Virus record (IMG/VR): IMGVR_UViG_3300030430_003815
DNA length: 64,000 nucleotides
DNA from: an uncultured virus (IMG/VR IMGVR_UViG_3300030430_003815)
Lineage: Duplodnaviria > Heunggongvirae > Uroviricota > Caudoviricetes
Direction: 5' to 3' (one strand)
Both the position numbers and the translations under genes were made by a program. Positions 10,722-20,569 of this stretch are shown here, one piece after another. Positions within the stretch are counted from its first letter, which is position 1; every line of letters starts with the position of its first letter. The notes under the pieces are model-generated. The model was not told the DNA's origin, ran no database searches, and saw only the letters and a program-made list of their open reading frames with translations.

Positions 10722-12893
10722 ATGGCAATCATATTAAGAAGTTCCAAAGACAGCGCATTGACATTTGCAGAAATGGACGGGAACATAACCGATCTTGATA
10801 CTAGGATTAGTGCCATTGATTCCGCTTTTATTAAAGCTGTTGCAGGAACAGATTCAGCAAACGTTATCAAAGTTATAAATGCAACCGTTGATTCTGATTA
10901 TGTAAGAACAAAAACATTATTAGAGCAAGGGTTAGGAAGAGCAGATAGTGTTGTTTTTAGTAGTCTACAAGTTACTGGAAACTTAGTAGTTAATGGAACA
11001 ACCACTACACTAAGTAGTCAAACACTAAGTGTTGGAAATAGAAACGTTATACTAGCAGATTCAGCAGCAAATGCTGCGGCAGCTGATAGTGGTGGTGTTA
11101 TACTAAAAGGTGCTAATGCAAATATATTATATAAAGTTGCAAATGATAAATGGAACTTTAACAAAGGGATAGTAGCGCCAGACTTATCAGGAAAATATTT
11201 AGGAGCAGATTCAGATTTTGATGTAAAATTTGCTTCGGCTTCCACTGATAGTCTTTCTGAAGGACTATCTAATCTATATTATACTAATACAAGAGTTGAT
11301 CAGAGAATTAATTTAGTAGTCGATGCAAATTACGTTCAATCTAGACAAGCTAATTTTGACTTTTTAGATTCATCAGAAGCAATTCAACTTTTTGATTCTG
11401 CTTACGTAAATGCTAGAGTTAATCCCAACTTATTTACTGATTCTGCAGAAGTAACAGCGATAGCAGATTCTGCTTACGTTCAGTTAAGACAAGATAAGGC
11501 ATTCAGTTCACTCACTGGAACACCCACTACTTTAGCTGGTTATGGTATAACAGATGGGTTTAAAGCTGATGGATCTACCGCGATGTTAGGTGTCCTTAAT
11601 TTAAATAGTAATGCAATAACAAATGTAACAACCATTGCTGCTAATGCTGTAAACGCTAATGTTAATTCAACAACTGCAAATATAACAAATTTAGATGTTA
11701 CTGGTACAGCAGATTTTGGAGGAGCAACAATAACTGGATTAGATATTACTGATTCAGTAGCAATAACTCAAATGATTGACTCTGCTTATGTAAGAGGTTT
11801 AGCAGATTCAGCCTACATTAGAACAGTTGCATCTGATTTAGACTCAGCACTGACTCAACAGATGATAGATTCACCTTATGTACAGGCAAGGCAAAGGCTT
11901 TATAACACTAGTGATTTTCCAGATTCTGCATTTGTTACCTCTAGACCCGTATCAACGTTTACAAATGATGCTGGTTATTTAACAAGTGGTACAGTTAGTG
12001 GTGTTGTTGATAATGCCTATGTTCAATCTAGACAAATTCAGTATAACACAAGTGACTTTTTAGATTCAACCACTGTGGCTTTAGTTGTCGATGCTGGATA
12101 TATTTCTTCAAGAATAACTGCTAGTGAAACATTAGCAAGCGTTACTGCAAGAGGTGACTCTACCGCAGAATCTTTATTATTTAAGGGTGGACTGACTGTT
12201 ACAGGTGGAATAACTACAGACTCTATTGCAAATACCGGATTAGGATTTGGTGCTGTAACTAGTGCAAGTGATGTTCATTTAAGTGCTAATAATGGTGCAG
12301 GAGTTATAAATGCAAATACAAGTAAAATTACTAATGTAGGTAATCCAACATCAAATCAAGATGCGACAACGAAGTCTTATGTGGATACAGAGGTAAGTAA
12401 ATTTAGAAATGATTATATAATTGCTGAACTAAATTCTAAAACAACAACTACCAATACAGACGCATTCATGCCTCTTAACAATACTCCAATTTCAGAGCAT
12501 AGTCCAAATATTGTTTATGATTTTAGTGGAACAGAGGCTATAAGAACTAATACAGCAGGTCATTATAGTGTTTCAAGTACCATAACATGGTATAAAGAAA
12601 ACGGTCAAAATGGTCTTAAAGTTACTCTTCAAAAAAGTAGTGGAGGAGCTTTCACTAATATACCTGGTGCAATGGGATCAATTAATTGCGGAGATTCTGG
12701 TTATGGATCAATAACTGTTGGATCAGAACTACAATTATCTGCCAATGATTTAATAAGAGTTAATATAGATCAGATTAGTGCAGCATTACCGAATGCAAAC
12801 AATGAAACTGATAATTATATTTCATCACCTGGAATAACCGGAGAAGGAGCACATCCAGGATATAGTATACTTAAAGTTATGAAGTTAGGATAA
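10722..12893 (+). CDS. Fibre-like virion structural protein with DS-rich repeats
   Basis: N-terminal LTFAEMDGN motif, DATTKSYVD fibre motif, many DSAY repeats, beta-rich C-terminal head. Confidence 0.7.
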   Translation: MAIILRSSKDSALTFAEMDGNITDLDTRISAIDSAFIKAVAGTDSANVIKVINATVDSDYVRTKTLLEQGLGRADSVVFSSLQVTGNLVVNGTTTTLSSQTLSVGNRNVILADSAANAAAADSGGVILKGANANILYKVANDKWNFNKGIVAPDLSGKYLGADSDFDVKFASASTDSLSEGLSNLYYTNTRVDQRINLVVDANYVQSRQANFDFLDSSEAIQLFDSAYVNARVNPNLFTDSAEVTAIADSAYVQLRQDKAFSSLTGTPTTLAGYGITDGFKADGSTAMLGVLNLNSNAITNVTTIAANAVNANVNSTTANITNLDVTGTADFGGATITGLDITDSVAITQMIDSAYVRGLADSAYIRTVASDLDSALTQQMIDSPYVQARQRLYNTSDFPDSAFVTSRPVSTFTNDAGYLTSGTVSGVVDNAYVQSRQIQYNTSDFLDSTTVALVVDAGYISSRITASETLASVTARGDSTAESLLFKGGLTVTGGITTDSIANTGLGFGAVTSASDVHLSANNGAGVINANTSKITNVGNPTSNQDATTKSYVDTEVSKFRNDYIIAELNSKTTTTNTDAFMPLNNTPISEHSPNIVYDFSGTEAIRTNTAGHYSVSSTITWYKENGQNGLKVTLQKSSGGAFTNIPGAMGSINCGDSGYGSITVGSELQLSANDLIRVNIDQISAALPNANNETDNYISSPGITGEGAHPGYSILKVMKLG

Positions 12894-12896
12894 ATT

Positions 12897-14546
12897 ATGT
12901 CAGAAGAAGCACGGTGTGTTGTAACATTACATAAAGGCGTAGATACTTCTAGATTTATGGAAGATATGAAAGCTGTTGGTTATGAATTACATGATGAAAA
13001 ACCATTTAGTGTAAGTAATTTTGATTACGTAATGACAAAAGCTCAAGCTGATAATTTAAAATCACAAGACCCAAGAATTAGAGAAATCAGATATGGTTCC
13101 AAAATTAATAATGGTATGGTTCCCATGTCCCATCAGTTACAAAGTAGTATTGACTTTGATAAAACTACAAGTGTAAATGGAGCAAACTGGGGACTTGCTG
13201 CTTGTGGTTTTACGGCTGACAAATGGAGTGGAAACTCTACAGTAAGTAATCAACGATTTCCATATACTTTAACTGGAAAAGGAGTTGATGTTGTTATAAT
13301 GGATAGTGGCATACAAGCAAATCATCCAGAATTTAGAGATACTCCTAAGTCTGACACCAGTCTTTCTGGTACTAGTAGATATCAAACAGTTGATTGGCCA
13401 ACAATTAGTGGAACAAGTGGATTATATACTCAACACCCAGATTATCATAGAGATTTAACTGGTCATGGAACTCATGTAGCAGGAATTGCATGTGGTAAAT
13501 TAAACGGGTGGGCAAAAGAAGCTAAAATTTTTAGTTTAAAAATTATAGATGACTCAACAACTGCTTTTGGTGTAAGTGCGGCATTTACCATGTTAAGAGC
13601 TTGGCATAATGCAAAGAAGGCCGCTAATACAGATGATAATACAATACCTGTAACGCCAACTATTGTTAACATGAGTTGGGGATTTGTTGGAACAAATACA
13701 AGAACTTTAACAGGTGGAACATGGAGAGGAACTAATTTTACTGGATCTAACGCTACTCTTGGTTCTGGATTGTTAAAACAATATGGACTAATTCCTTTTG
13801 AAGCAGACGGTGACGGATATTGGAGATATCCTGCTCGAGTAGTCAGCGTTGAATCTGATATAGAAGATTGTATAAATGATGGAATAATTTTTGTAGGATC
13901 ATCAGGAAATTATCAATATCAAATTGATAAAGTTGGTGGTCCAGATTTTGATAATAGATTTTTTTATACAGGATGGGATGTTGGTGCAGGTAACTTAGGT
14001 GTTCCTAATCAAATACAATATTATCATAGAGGCGCTACACCAACAGTTCAAGATGGTGTTATATGTGTAAGTGCTATTGATAGAACATATACATCTAATA
14101 GTGAAAACATAGGTAGTTATAGCAATAGAGGTCCAAGAATAGATGTTTTTGCGCCAGGAAGTTCAATAATGAGTTCTATATCTCAAACATCATCAGTTGA
14201 TATATCAACCGGAGCTGTAAATTACTCTTTAGATAATAGTTTTAAGATTAATAAGTTAAATGGAACAAGCATGGCTTCTCCACAAGTAACAGGTGTATTA
14301 GCTTGCTTATTACAAATAAGACATACGACTAGAGCAACATTAACAAAAGAAGAAGCTTTAGATTTTATAACATCAAATAGTGAAATTAGTAGATTATATG
14401 ATCCAACTTCTGGAAATCCTGCTAATGATTATGATAATTCTAGAGCTTTACATAATGCACCAAATAGATTTTTAAAACAACCATTTAATAGCAATCACGC
14501 ATTTGTTCACGGAAAAAATAGTGTAGCAACATTGCCTACAAACTAG
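12897..14546 (+). CDS. S8 (subtilisin-like) serine peptidase
   Basis: Catalytic triad motifs VVIMDSG, GHGTHVAG, NGTSMASP; also NMSWG and DVFAPG. Confidence 0.9.
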   Translation: MSEEARCVVTLHKGVDTSRFMEDMKAVGYELHDEKPFSVSNFDYVMTKAQADNLKSQDPRIREIRYGSKINNGMVPMSHQLQSSIDFDKTTSVNGANWGLAACGFTADKWSGNSTVSNQRFPYTLTGKGVDVVIMDSGIQANHPEFRDTPKSDTSLSGTSRYQTVDWPTISGTSGLYTQHPDYHRDLTGHGTHVAGIACGKLNGWAKEAKIFSLKIIDDSTTAFGVSAAFTMLRAWHNAKKAANTDDNTIPVTPTIVNMSWGFVGTNTRTLTGGTWRGTNFTGSNATLGSGLLKQYGLIPFEADGDGYWRYPARVVSVESDIEDCINDGIIFVGSSGNYQYQIDKVGGPDFDNRFFYTGWDVGAGNLGVPNQIQYYHRGATPTVQDGVICVSAIDRTYTSNSENIGSYSNRGPRIDVFAPGSSIMSSISQTSSVDISTGAVNYSLDNSFKINKLNGTSMASPQVTGVLACLLQIRHTTRATLTKEEALDFITSNSEISRLYDPTSGNPANDYDNSRALHNAPNRFLKQPFNSNHAFVHGKNSVATLPTN

Positions 14547-14555
14547 GAGATTATT

Positions 14556-14936
14556 ATGACAGATAAACCAGATGAAAATGTTGAAAACGATTATGAATAC
14601 TCTAAAAGAACATATTATGATTTAATTGAAAAGGGACAAAACGCATTAGATGATATGATTGATGTTGCAAGAAATTTAGAACACCCACGAGCATACGAAG
14701 TCTTGTCAGGTATGATTAAAAACGTATCTGATGTAAATGACAGATTAATGGATTTAAATAAGAAGAAAAAAGATTTTTACAAGAACGATATAAAACAAAT
14801 TGAAGGTAATACTACGAATAATAATCTCTTCGTTGGATCAACCACAGATCTACAAAGAATGTTAAAGAATGTTAGCGATAACGATAATGTTATCGATATA
14901 AATGAAAGAAAACCTTCTGATGATGAAAATAGTTGA
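14556..14936 (+). CDS. gp16: Terminase small subunit gp16
   Basis: DYEYS, HPRAYEV, NNNLFVGSTTDLQ; directly upstream of gp17. Confidence 0.9.
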   Translation: MTDKPDENVENDYEYSKRTYYDLIEKGQNALDDMIDVARNLEHPRAYEVLSGMIKNVSDVNDRLMDLNKKKKDFYKNDIKQIEGNTTNNNLFVGSTTDLQRMLKNVSDNDNVIDINERKPSDDENS

Positions 14937-16509
14937 TGCATATCTTGGCAACCCAAATGTAAAAAAAGATGGTGTTGTACAGACTTGGACTAACGAAGAA
15001 GTTAAAGAGTATGCTAGGTGTATGAATGATCCTACATATTTCGCTAAAAAATACTGTAAAATAATATCTCTTGATGAAGGATTGGTAGACTTTGATCTGT
15101 ATCCATATCAAGAAAATATGTTTAAATCTTTTAATACCAATCGATTTAATATAGTACTTGCCTGTCGACAATCAGGAAAATCTATATCTTCAGTTGCATA
15201 TCTTTTATGGTTTGTTTTATTTCAACCAGAAAAGATTGTTGCCATTATGGCAAATAAAGGAGCTACTGCTCGTGAGATGTTAGGGCGTGTGACATTAATG
15301 TTAGAGAACCTGCCTTTCTTCCTTCAACCTGGCTGTAAAGCTTTGAACAAAGGTTCGATCGAGTTTTCAAATAATTCTCGGATTGTGGCAGCTGCAACGA
15401 GCGGGTCATCAATTCGTGGTATGTCAGTTTCACTCCTGTATTTAGATGAGTTTGCTTTTGTGGAAAGAGCGTCTGAGTTTTATACATCTACATATCCTGT
15501 TATTTCATCGGGTAAAGAAACTAAAGTTATTATTACATCTACTGCAAATGGTATTGGTAATGTATTTCACAAACTTTGGGAAGGTGCTATTCAAGGTGTA
15601 AATGAATATCAACCATTTAGAGTTGATTGGTGGGACGTTCCTGGAAGAGATGAAAAATGGAAAGCACAAACAATATCTAATACTTCTCAACTTCAGTTTG
15701 ATCAAGAATTTGGAAATACATTTTTTGGAACTGGTGATACACTTATACATGCTGAAACATTATTAAATCTAAGAAGAAGAGAACCAATTGAACATACAAA
15801 AGACTCTGTTAAAATATACAAAAAACCAATTAAAGGTCATAATTATGTTATGACTGTAGATGTTGCAAAGGGAAGAGGTCAGGATTATTCAACTTTTAAT
15901 TTAATCGATATAAGTACGAACCCCTTTGAGCAAGTAGCTGTATATCGCAACAACACTATCTCTCCTTTACTCTTCCCTAATGTTATATATAAGTATGCTG
16001 AATTCTACAATCAGTGTATTGTTGTCATAGAATCAAATGATGCTGGACAAGTTGTATGTAATGGTTTATATCATGAGCTGGAATACGAAAACATGTTTGT
16101 TGAATCTACAATAAAGTCAAGTGGACTTGGGTTAAACATGACAAAGAAAGTAAAACGTATTGGCTGTTCTGCATTTAAAGATCTAATAGAAAATCAAAAA
16201 ATAGATATATGCGATGAAGATACAATATTGGAAATATCGACATTTGTTGCAAGAGGACAATCATATGAAGCCTCTGAAGGTAATCATGATGATTTAGTTA
16301 TGAATTTTATTTTATTTGGATTCTTTGTAGGAACTACATATTTTGGTGAACTTACCGATATTAGTATTAAAAAACTCATGTTCGAACAAAGAATGCTAGA
16401 AATAGAAAATGACGTATTACCTTTTGGAATTCATGATGATGGATTACCAGAAACTCATGTTGAAGTCGAAGATGGGTGGGCAGTGGAATATACTAATAAA
16501 GATTTCTAG
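14902..16509 (+). CDS. gp17: Terminase large subunit gp17 (start could be 14920/14923)
   Basis: YLGNPNVK, RQSGKS Walker A, YLDEFAF, STANG, VDVAKGRGQDYS, HDDLVM. Confidence 0.96.
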   Translation: MKENLLMMKIVDAYLGNPNVKKDGVVQTWTNEEVKEYARCMNDPTYFAKKYCKIISLDEGLVDFDLYPYQENMFKSFNTNRFNIVLACRQSGKSISSVAYLLWFVLFQPEKIVAIMANKGATAREMLGRVTLMLENLPFFLQPGCKALNKGSIEFSNNSRIVAAATSGSSIRGMSVSLLYLDEFAFVERASEFYTSTYPVISSGKETKVIITSTANGIGNVFHKLWEGAIQGVNEYQPFRVDWWDVPGRDEKWKAQTISNTSQLQFDQEFGNTFFGTGDTLIHAETLLNLRRREPIEHTKDSVKIYKKPIKGHNYVMTVDVAKGRGQDYSTFNLIDISTNPFEQVAVYRNNTISPLLFPNVIYKYAEFYNQCIVVIESNDAGQVVCNGLYHELEYENMFVESTIKSSGLGLNMTKKVKRIGCSAFKDLIENQKIDICDEDTILEISTFVARGQSYEASEGNHDDLVMNFILFGFFVGTTYFGELTDISIKKLMFEQRMLEIENDVLPFGIHDDGLPETHVEVEDGWAVEYTNKDF

Positions 16510-16521
16510 AAAACAAAATTA

Positions 16522-16529
16522 TATAAATA
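16522..16529 (+). promoter_or_regulatory. Late promoter TATAAATA
   Basis: Exact motif upstream of gp18. Confidence 0.8.
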
Positions 16530-16599
16530 TAGGTAATTGAACATAACCGTATCATGAAACATAAAAAACTTATAATTTTCTATTTGGAAGGAAACAGAC

Positions 16600-18336
16600 A
16601 TGGCATTATTCGCACCATCTGAGTCTCCAGCCGTCGTAGTCAAAGAAGTAGATCTAACGGGTATCGTACCTAACGTACAGTCATCAACAGGCGCGTATGT
16701 TGGAAGATTTCGTTGGGGGCCGTCTGGCGAGGCAAGACTCATATCAAACGAGGCGGGGTTAGTGGAAACATACACTGCGCCAGATAACGCACATTCAATA
16801 GATTATCACGGAGCATCTGCATTTTTACAGTATTCTAATAGCCTACAAGTTGTTAGAATGCATAATGGTGCTAATAACGCTCATAGTGGAGATAGCGCTT
16901 CACTCGCTATTGCTATTGGAAACGAAACAGACTTTGATGCTCAATTAGCGGCATTAGATTCTGACAATGTAGGATATATCGGTAAATATCCTGGTGAGTT
17001 AGGAAACTCATTAAAACTAGAAACTTTCGCGGCTGACGCCTCTGGGTCAGTCTCAACATTCTCATCTTGGCCTTTTGCTACATTCTTTGATAGAGCACCA
17101 GGTACAAGTGCAACAGCAGCTGCAGATACTGCAACTCATGATGAAGTTCATGTGGCAGTTGTTGACGAAGATGGAAAGTTTTCTGGAACAAAAGGAACAG
17201 TTTTAGAAGTATTCCCACACGTATCAGTTGCAGAAAATGCAAAGAATACTGATGGAAGTACTAATTATCTAAAAGATGTTATTAACAGGCAATCCGGATA
17301 CGTATGGGTCGCTGATATTACGCAATTAGGACTCGGTAATGCTTCCGGAACCGCAACGTCACCAGCTAAAAACTATGCAACTGGTAGAGGCGCATCGAGA
17401 GTTCAAACATCTCTTACTGACGGAGATGATGGAGCCGCGTTAACAACAGGAAACTATCAATCTGGATTTGATCTATTTGAAGATCCAGATATCATAGAAG
17501 TCGACTTCTTGATAGCACCTGGTCTAGGCACGTCATCAGATCAAGTAACTGTTGTCAATGACTTAGTAGCAACAGCTCAATCTAAACGTAAAGATTGTGT
17601 TGTCGTAACATCACCAAACAGAGCAGCTGTTGTTAACAATGCTGCAGGTGCGGTGGCTGCTGTAGCTGCAGGAGTTGCTAACTTTACTAAGAGTTCGTAT
17701 CTTGTTGTCGATAATAACTATCTTAAAATTTATGATAAACACAACGATAAGTTTATCTTCATACCAGCAGCTTCATCAACAGCAGGCATCATGGCCGCTA
17801 CTGATAGAAACGCTGCACCGTTCTTTTCACCTGCAGGTACACGAAGAGGTCAATACCTCGGAGTTACAGCATTAGCTTATAATCCTAATAAAGCAGACAG
17901 AGATACGCACTACAAGATTGGAGTCAATCCTGTTGCAAATCTTCCTGGTCAAGGAATATTACTATTCGGTGATAAGACACATCAAGATCGACCATCTGCA
18001 TTTGATCGTATTAATGTTAGACGTCTATTTCTTGTTATTGAAAGAGCAATTTCTACAGCTGCGAAAGCTACTATTTTTGAATTCAATGATGAATTTACAA
18101 GAGCAGAATTTCAAGGTATTGTAGAACCAGTTCTTCGAAATATTCAAGGAAGACGTGGAATTACAGACTTTAAAATAGTCTGTGATGAAACAAACAACGG
18201 TCCAGAAATTGTCGATACTAATCAATTTGTTGCTAACATCTTCATTAAACCCGCAAGATCAATTAACTTCATCACACTTAACTTTGTTGGAGTAAGATCA
18301 GGCGTTGAGTTTAGAGAAGTTGTTGGAACAATATAA
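16600..18336 (+). CDS. gp18: Tail sheath protein gp18
   Basis: SPAVVVKEVDLT, FSPAG, GDKT...SAFDRINVRRLF, KPARSINFITLNF. Confidence 0.96.
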   Translation: MALFAPSESPAVVVKEVDLTGIVPNVQSSTGAYVGRFRWGPSGEARLISNEAGLVETYTAPDNAHSIDYHGASAFLQYSNSLQVVRMHNGANNAHSGDSASLAIAIGNETDFDAQLAALDSDNVGYIGKYPGELGNSLKLETFAADASGSVSTFSSWPFATFFDRAPGTSATAAADTATHDEVHVAVVDEDGKFSGTKGTVLEVFPHVSVAENAKNTDGSTNYLKDVINRQSGYVWVADITQLGLGNASGTATSPAKNYATGRGASRVQTSLTDGDDGAALTTGNYQSGFDLFEDPDIIEVDFLIAPGLGTSSDQVTVVNDLVATAQSKRKDCVVVTSPNRAAVVNNAAGAVAAVAAGVANFTKSSYLVVDNNYLKIYDKHNDKFIFIPAASSTAGIMAATDRNAAPFFSPAGTRRGQYLGVTALAYNPNKADRDTHYKIGVNPVANLPGQGILLFGDKTHQDRPSAFDRINVRRLFLVIERAISTAAKATIFEFNDEFTRAEFQGIVEPVLRNIQGRRGITDFKIVCDETNNGPEIVDTNQFVANIFIKPARSINFITLNFVGVRSGVEFREVVGTI

Positions 18337-18339
18337 ATA
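18332..18339 (+). promoter_or_regulatory. Late promoter TATAAATA
   Basis: Exact motif overlapping the gp18 stop, upstream of gp19. Confidence 0.75.
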
Positions 18340-18358
18340 TTGGTAAGGAGATAATAAA

Positions 18359-18967
18359 ATGGCTATACAAAAAATATCTGCATTTAAAGGCGCACTTGCT
18401 GGTGGTGGATCCCGCGCTAATCTCTATCAGGTTACATGTAACTCACCTGATATGTTAGGCGGACTTCCTGGAATCAGTGGTGCTGACTCAAAAATGCAAT
18501 TCTTATGTCGAGCAGCTCAGTTACCAGCATCAACAATGGGTGTCGCCCCTGCATTTTTCAGAGGTAGAACTGTAAATTTAGTCGGGGATCGAACATTCGA
18601 ACCTTGGGTAATTACTGTTTACAATGACACTGATTTCAAAATTAGAGCTTCTATGGAAGCATGGATGAGAGATCAGAACGCTCATGAAGCAAATACTGGC
18701 CAACAAGAGCCTGATCTGTATAAAGCAGATCTATCTGTAGAGCAACTGGATAAAAACGGAATCGTTCTTTATTCATATAAGTTTGTTGGTGCATTTCCAT
18801 CAGCAGTATCTGCAATAGATCTGGCCTATGATGCTAATGATCAGATAGAAGAATTTTCTATTGAATGGCAATACGACTACTGGGAAAGTGGGACAGGATC
18901 TTCAGCGAAAGCTGGAAGAGGAAACGTAACCGGTCCTGAAACTCGCGGTGAAGTACCTAACGTCTAA
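18359..18967 (+). CDS. gp19: Tail tube protein gp19
   Basis: GGSRANLY, GDRTFEPWVITVYND, FPSAVSAIDL, EEFSIEWQYDYW. Confidence 0.95.
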   Translation: MAIQKISAFKGALAGGGSRANLYQVTCNSPDMLGGLPGISGADSKMQFLCRAAQLPASTMGVAPAFFRGRTVNLVGDRTFEPWVITVYNDTDFKIRASMEAWMRDQNAHEANTGQQEPDLYKADLSVEQLDKNGIVLYSYKFVGAFPSAVSAIDLAYDANDQIEEFSIEWQYDYWESGTGSSAKAGRGNVTGPETRGEVPNV

Positions 18968-18986
18968 TAGGTGAATAAATATATGT

Positions 18987-19006
18987 GAGGGGCAGCAATG
19001 CCCCTT
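18987..19006 (+). other. GC-rich hairpin with GCAA tetraloop between gp19 and gp20
   Basis: AGGGGCA-GCAA-TGCCCCT; no U-tract follows; preceded by the late-promoter variant AATAAATA at 18974. Confidence 0.6.
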
Positions 19007-19030
19007 GCAAATACAAAATAAAGGGTCGTT

Positions 19031-20569
19031 ATGGCAGAAGAGAATTCAATTAAATTATTTGGTTTTGAGATTAAAAGAGCTGGTAAGACTAATGATAAAT
19101 TAAAGTCTGTAGTTCCGCCTCAAAGTGAGGACGGTGCAGGATATATTACTGCCTCAGGAAGCTACTATGGACAATACGTTGACATTGACGGTAACAATGC
19201 GAAAGATAACTATTCATTAATAATGAAATACAGAGGTGTTGCTACTCACCCAGAAGTAGATGCTGCTATTGAAGATATTGTTAATGAATCAATAGTAGTA
19301 GATGAAGAGTCAGGTGTTGTATCACTTGGTCTAGATGACATCGAAGCTACTGATCAAATTAAAGAATCCATACAAGAAGAATTTAAAGGTATACTATCGA
19401 TGCTTAACTTTAAAGAGTTAGGTCATGATATATTTAAGAGATGGTATACCGACGGAAGAATATATCACCACTTAGTAGTTCCTGATGGAAATGAAAAAGG
19501 TGGAATACAAGAAATACGTTTTATTGATTCACTTAAGATTAGAAAAGTAAAACAAATTAAAAAAGAAAAAGATCCGAAGACAAACGCCGATATTATAAAA
19601 GAAGTAAAAGAATACTACATCTATCAAGAAAAACCTGGAAACAGTGCAAATAACAATGCCGTTAAGTTTCATGTTGATTCTATCAGTTACGTAACATCTG
19701 GTTTGTTAGATGAATCACGTAAAAAGGTTGTTTCACACCTACATAAAGCAATAAAGCCTATCAACCAATTAAGAATGATGGAAGACTCTCTTGTTATATA
19801 CAGGTTAGCAAGAGCGCCTGAAAGAAGAATATTTTATGTTGATGTTGGTAACCTTCCAAAAGGAAAAGCCGAAGAATATCTTAAGAGTATTATGGTTAAG
19901 TTTAGAAATAAACTTGTCTATGATGCAAACACTGGTGAACTTAAAGATGATAGAAAACATATGTCAATGCTTGAAGATTTTTGGCTACCAAGAAGAGAAG
20001 GTGGTCGAGGAACTGAAGTTACTTCATTACCGGGTGGAGAAAATCTTGGACAAATAGACGATATAGTTTATTTTCAAAAGCGAGTATACAAAGCACTTAA
20101 CGTTCCAATTAATAGATTAGAGCAAGAACAGCAGTTTTCTTTAGGTCGATCAACTGAAATATCAAGAGATGAAGTAAAGTTTCAAAAGTTTATTGACAGA
20201 CTAAGAAATAAATTTTCCACTCTGTTTATGGAAATACTAAAGAAACAGTTAATTTTAAAGAAAATTATTACTGAAGCTGATTGGGATTCTTGGAAAGAAG
20301 ACATAAAAATTGAGTACTCTAGAGATAATTACTTTAGCGAACTTAAAGAAAGTGAACTACTAAAAGAAAGAATACAAACACTTGATATGATACAGCCACA
20401 TGTTGGTGAGTACTTTACTAAAGAATGGGTTATGAAAAACATTCTTAAACTAAGTGAAGAGGAAACTAAAGACTTAGATCAAGAAGTCGATGATGAAAAC
20501 CAAGATGAAGTTGATAAAGCTCAAGATAAAGCTCCTGAAAAAGTAGATAAAGATTCAGATGAAGCATAA
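19031..20569 (+). CDS. gp20: Portal protein gp20
   Basis: RAPERRIFYVDVGNLPKGKAE, EDFWLPRREGGRGTEV, RDEVKF. Confidence 0.97.
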   Translation: MAEENSIKLFGFEIKRAGKTNDKLKSVVPPQSEDGAGYITASGSYYGQYVDIDGNNAKDNYSLIMKYRGVATHPEVDAAIEDIVNESIVVDEESGVVSLGLDDIEATDQIKESIQEEFKGILSMLNFKELGHDIFKRWYTDGRIYHHLVVPDGNEKGGIQEIRFIDSLKIRKVKQIKKEKDPKTNADIIKEVKEYYIYQEKPGNSANNNAVKFHVDSISYVTSGLLDESRKKVVSHLHKAIKPINQLRMMEDSLVIYRLARAPERRIFYVDVGNLPKGKAEEYLKSIMVKFRNKLVYDANTGELKDDRKHMSMLEDFWLPRREGGRGTEVTSLPGGENLGQIDDIVYFQKRVYKALNVPINRLEQEQQFSLGRSTEISRDEVKFQKFIDRLRNKFSTLFMEILKKQLILKKIITEADWDSWKEDIKIEYSRDNYFSELKESELLKERIQTLDMIQPHVGEYFTKEWVMKNILKLSEEETKDLDQEVDDENQDEVDKAQDKAPEKVDKDSDEA

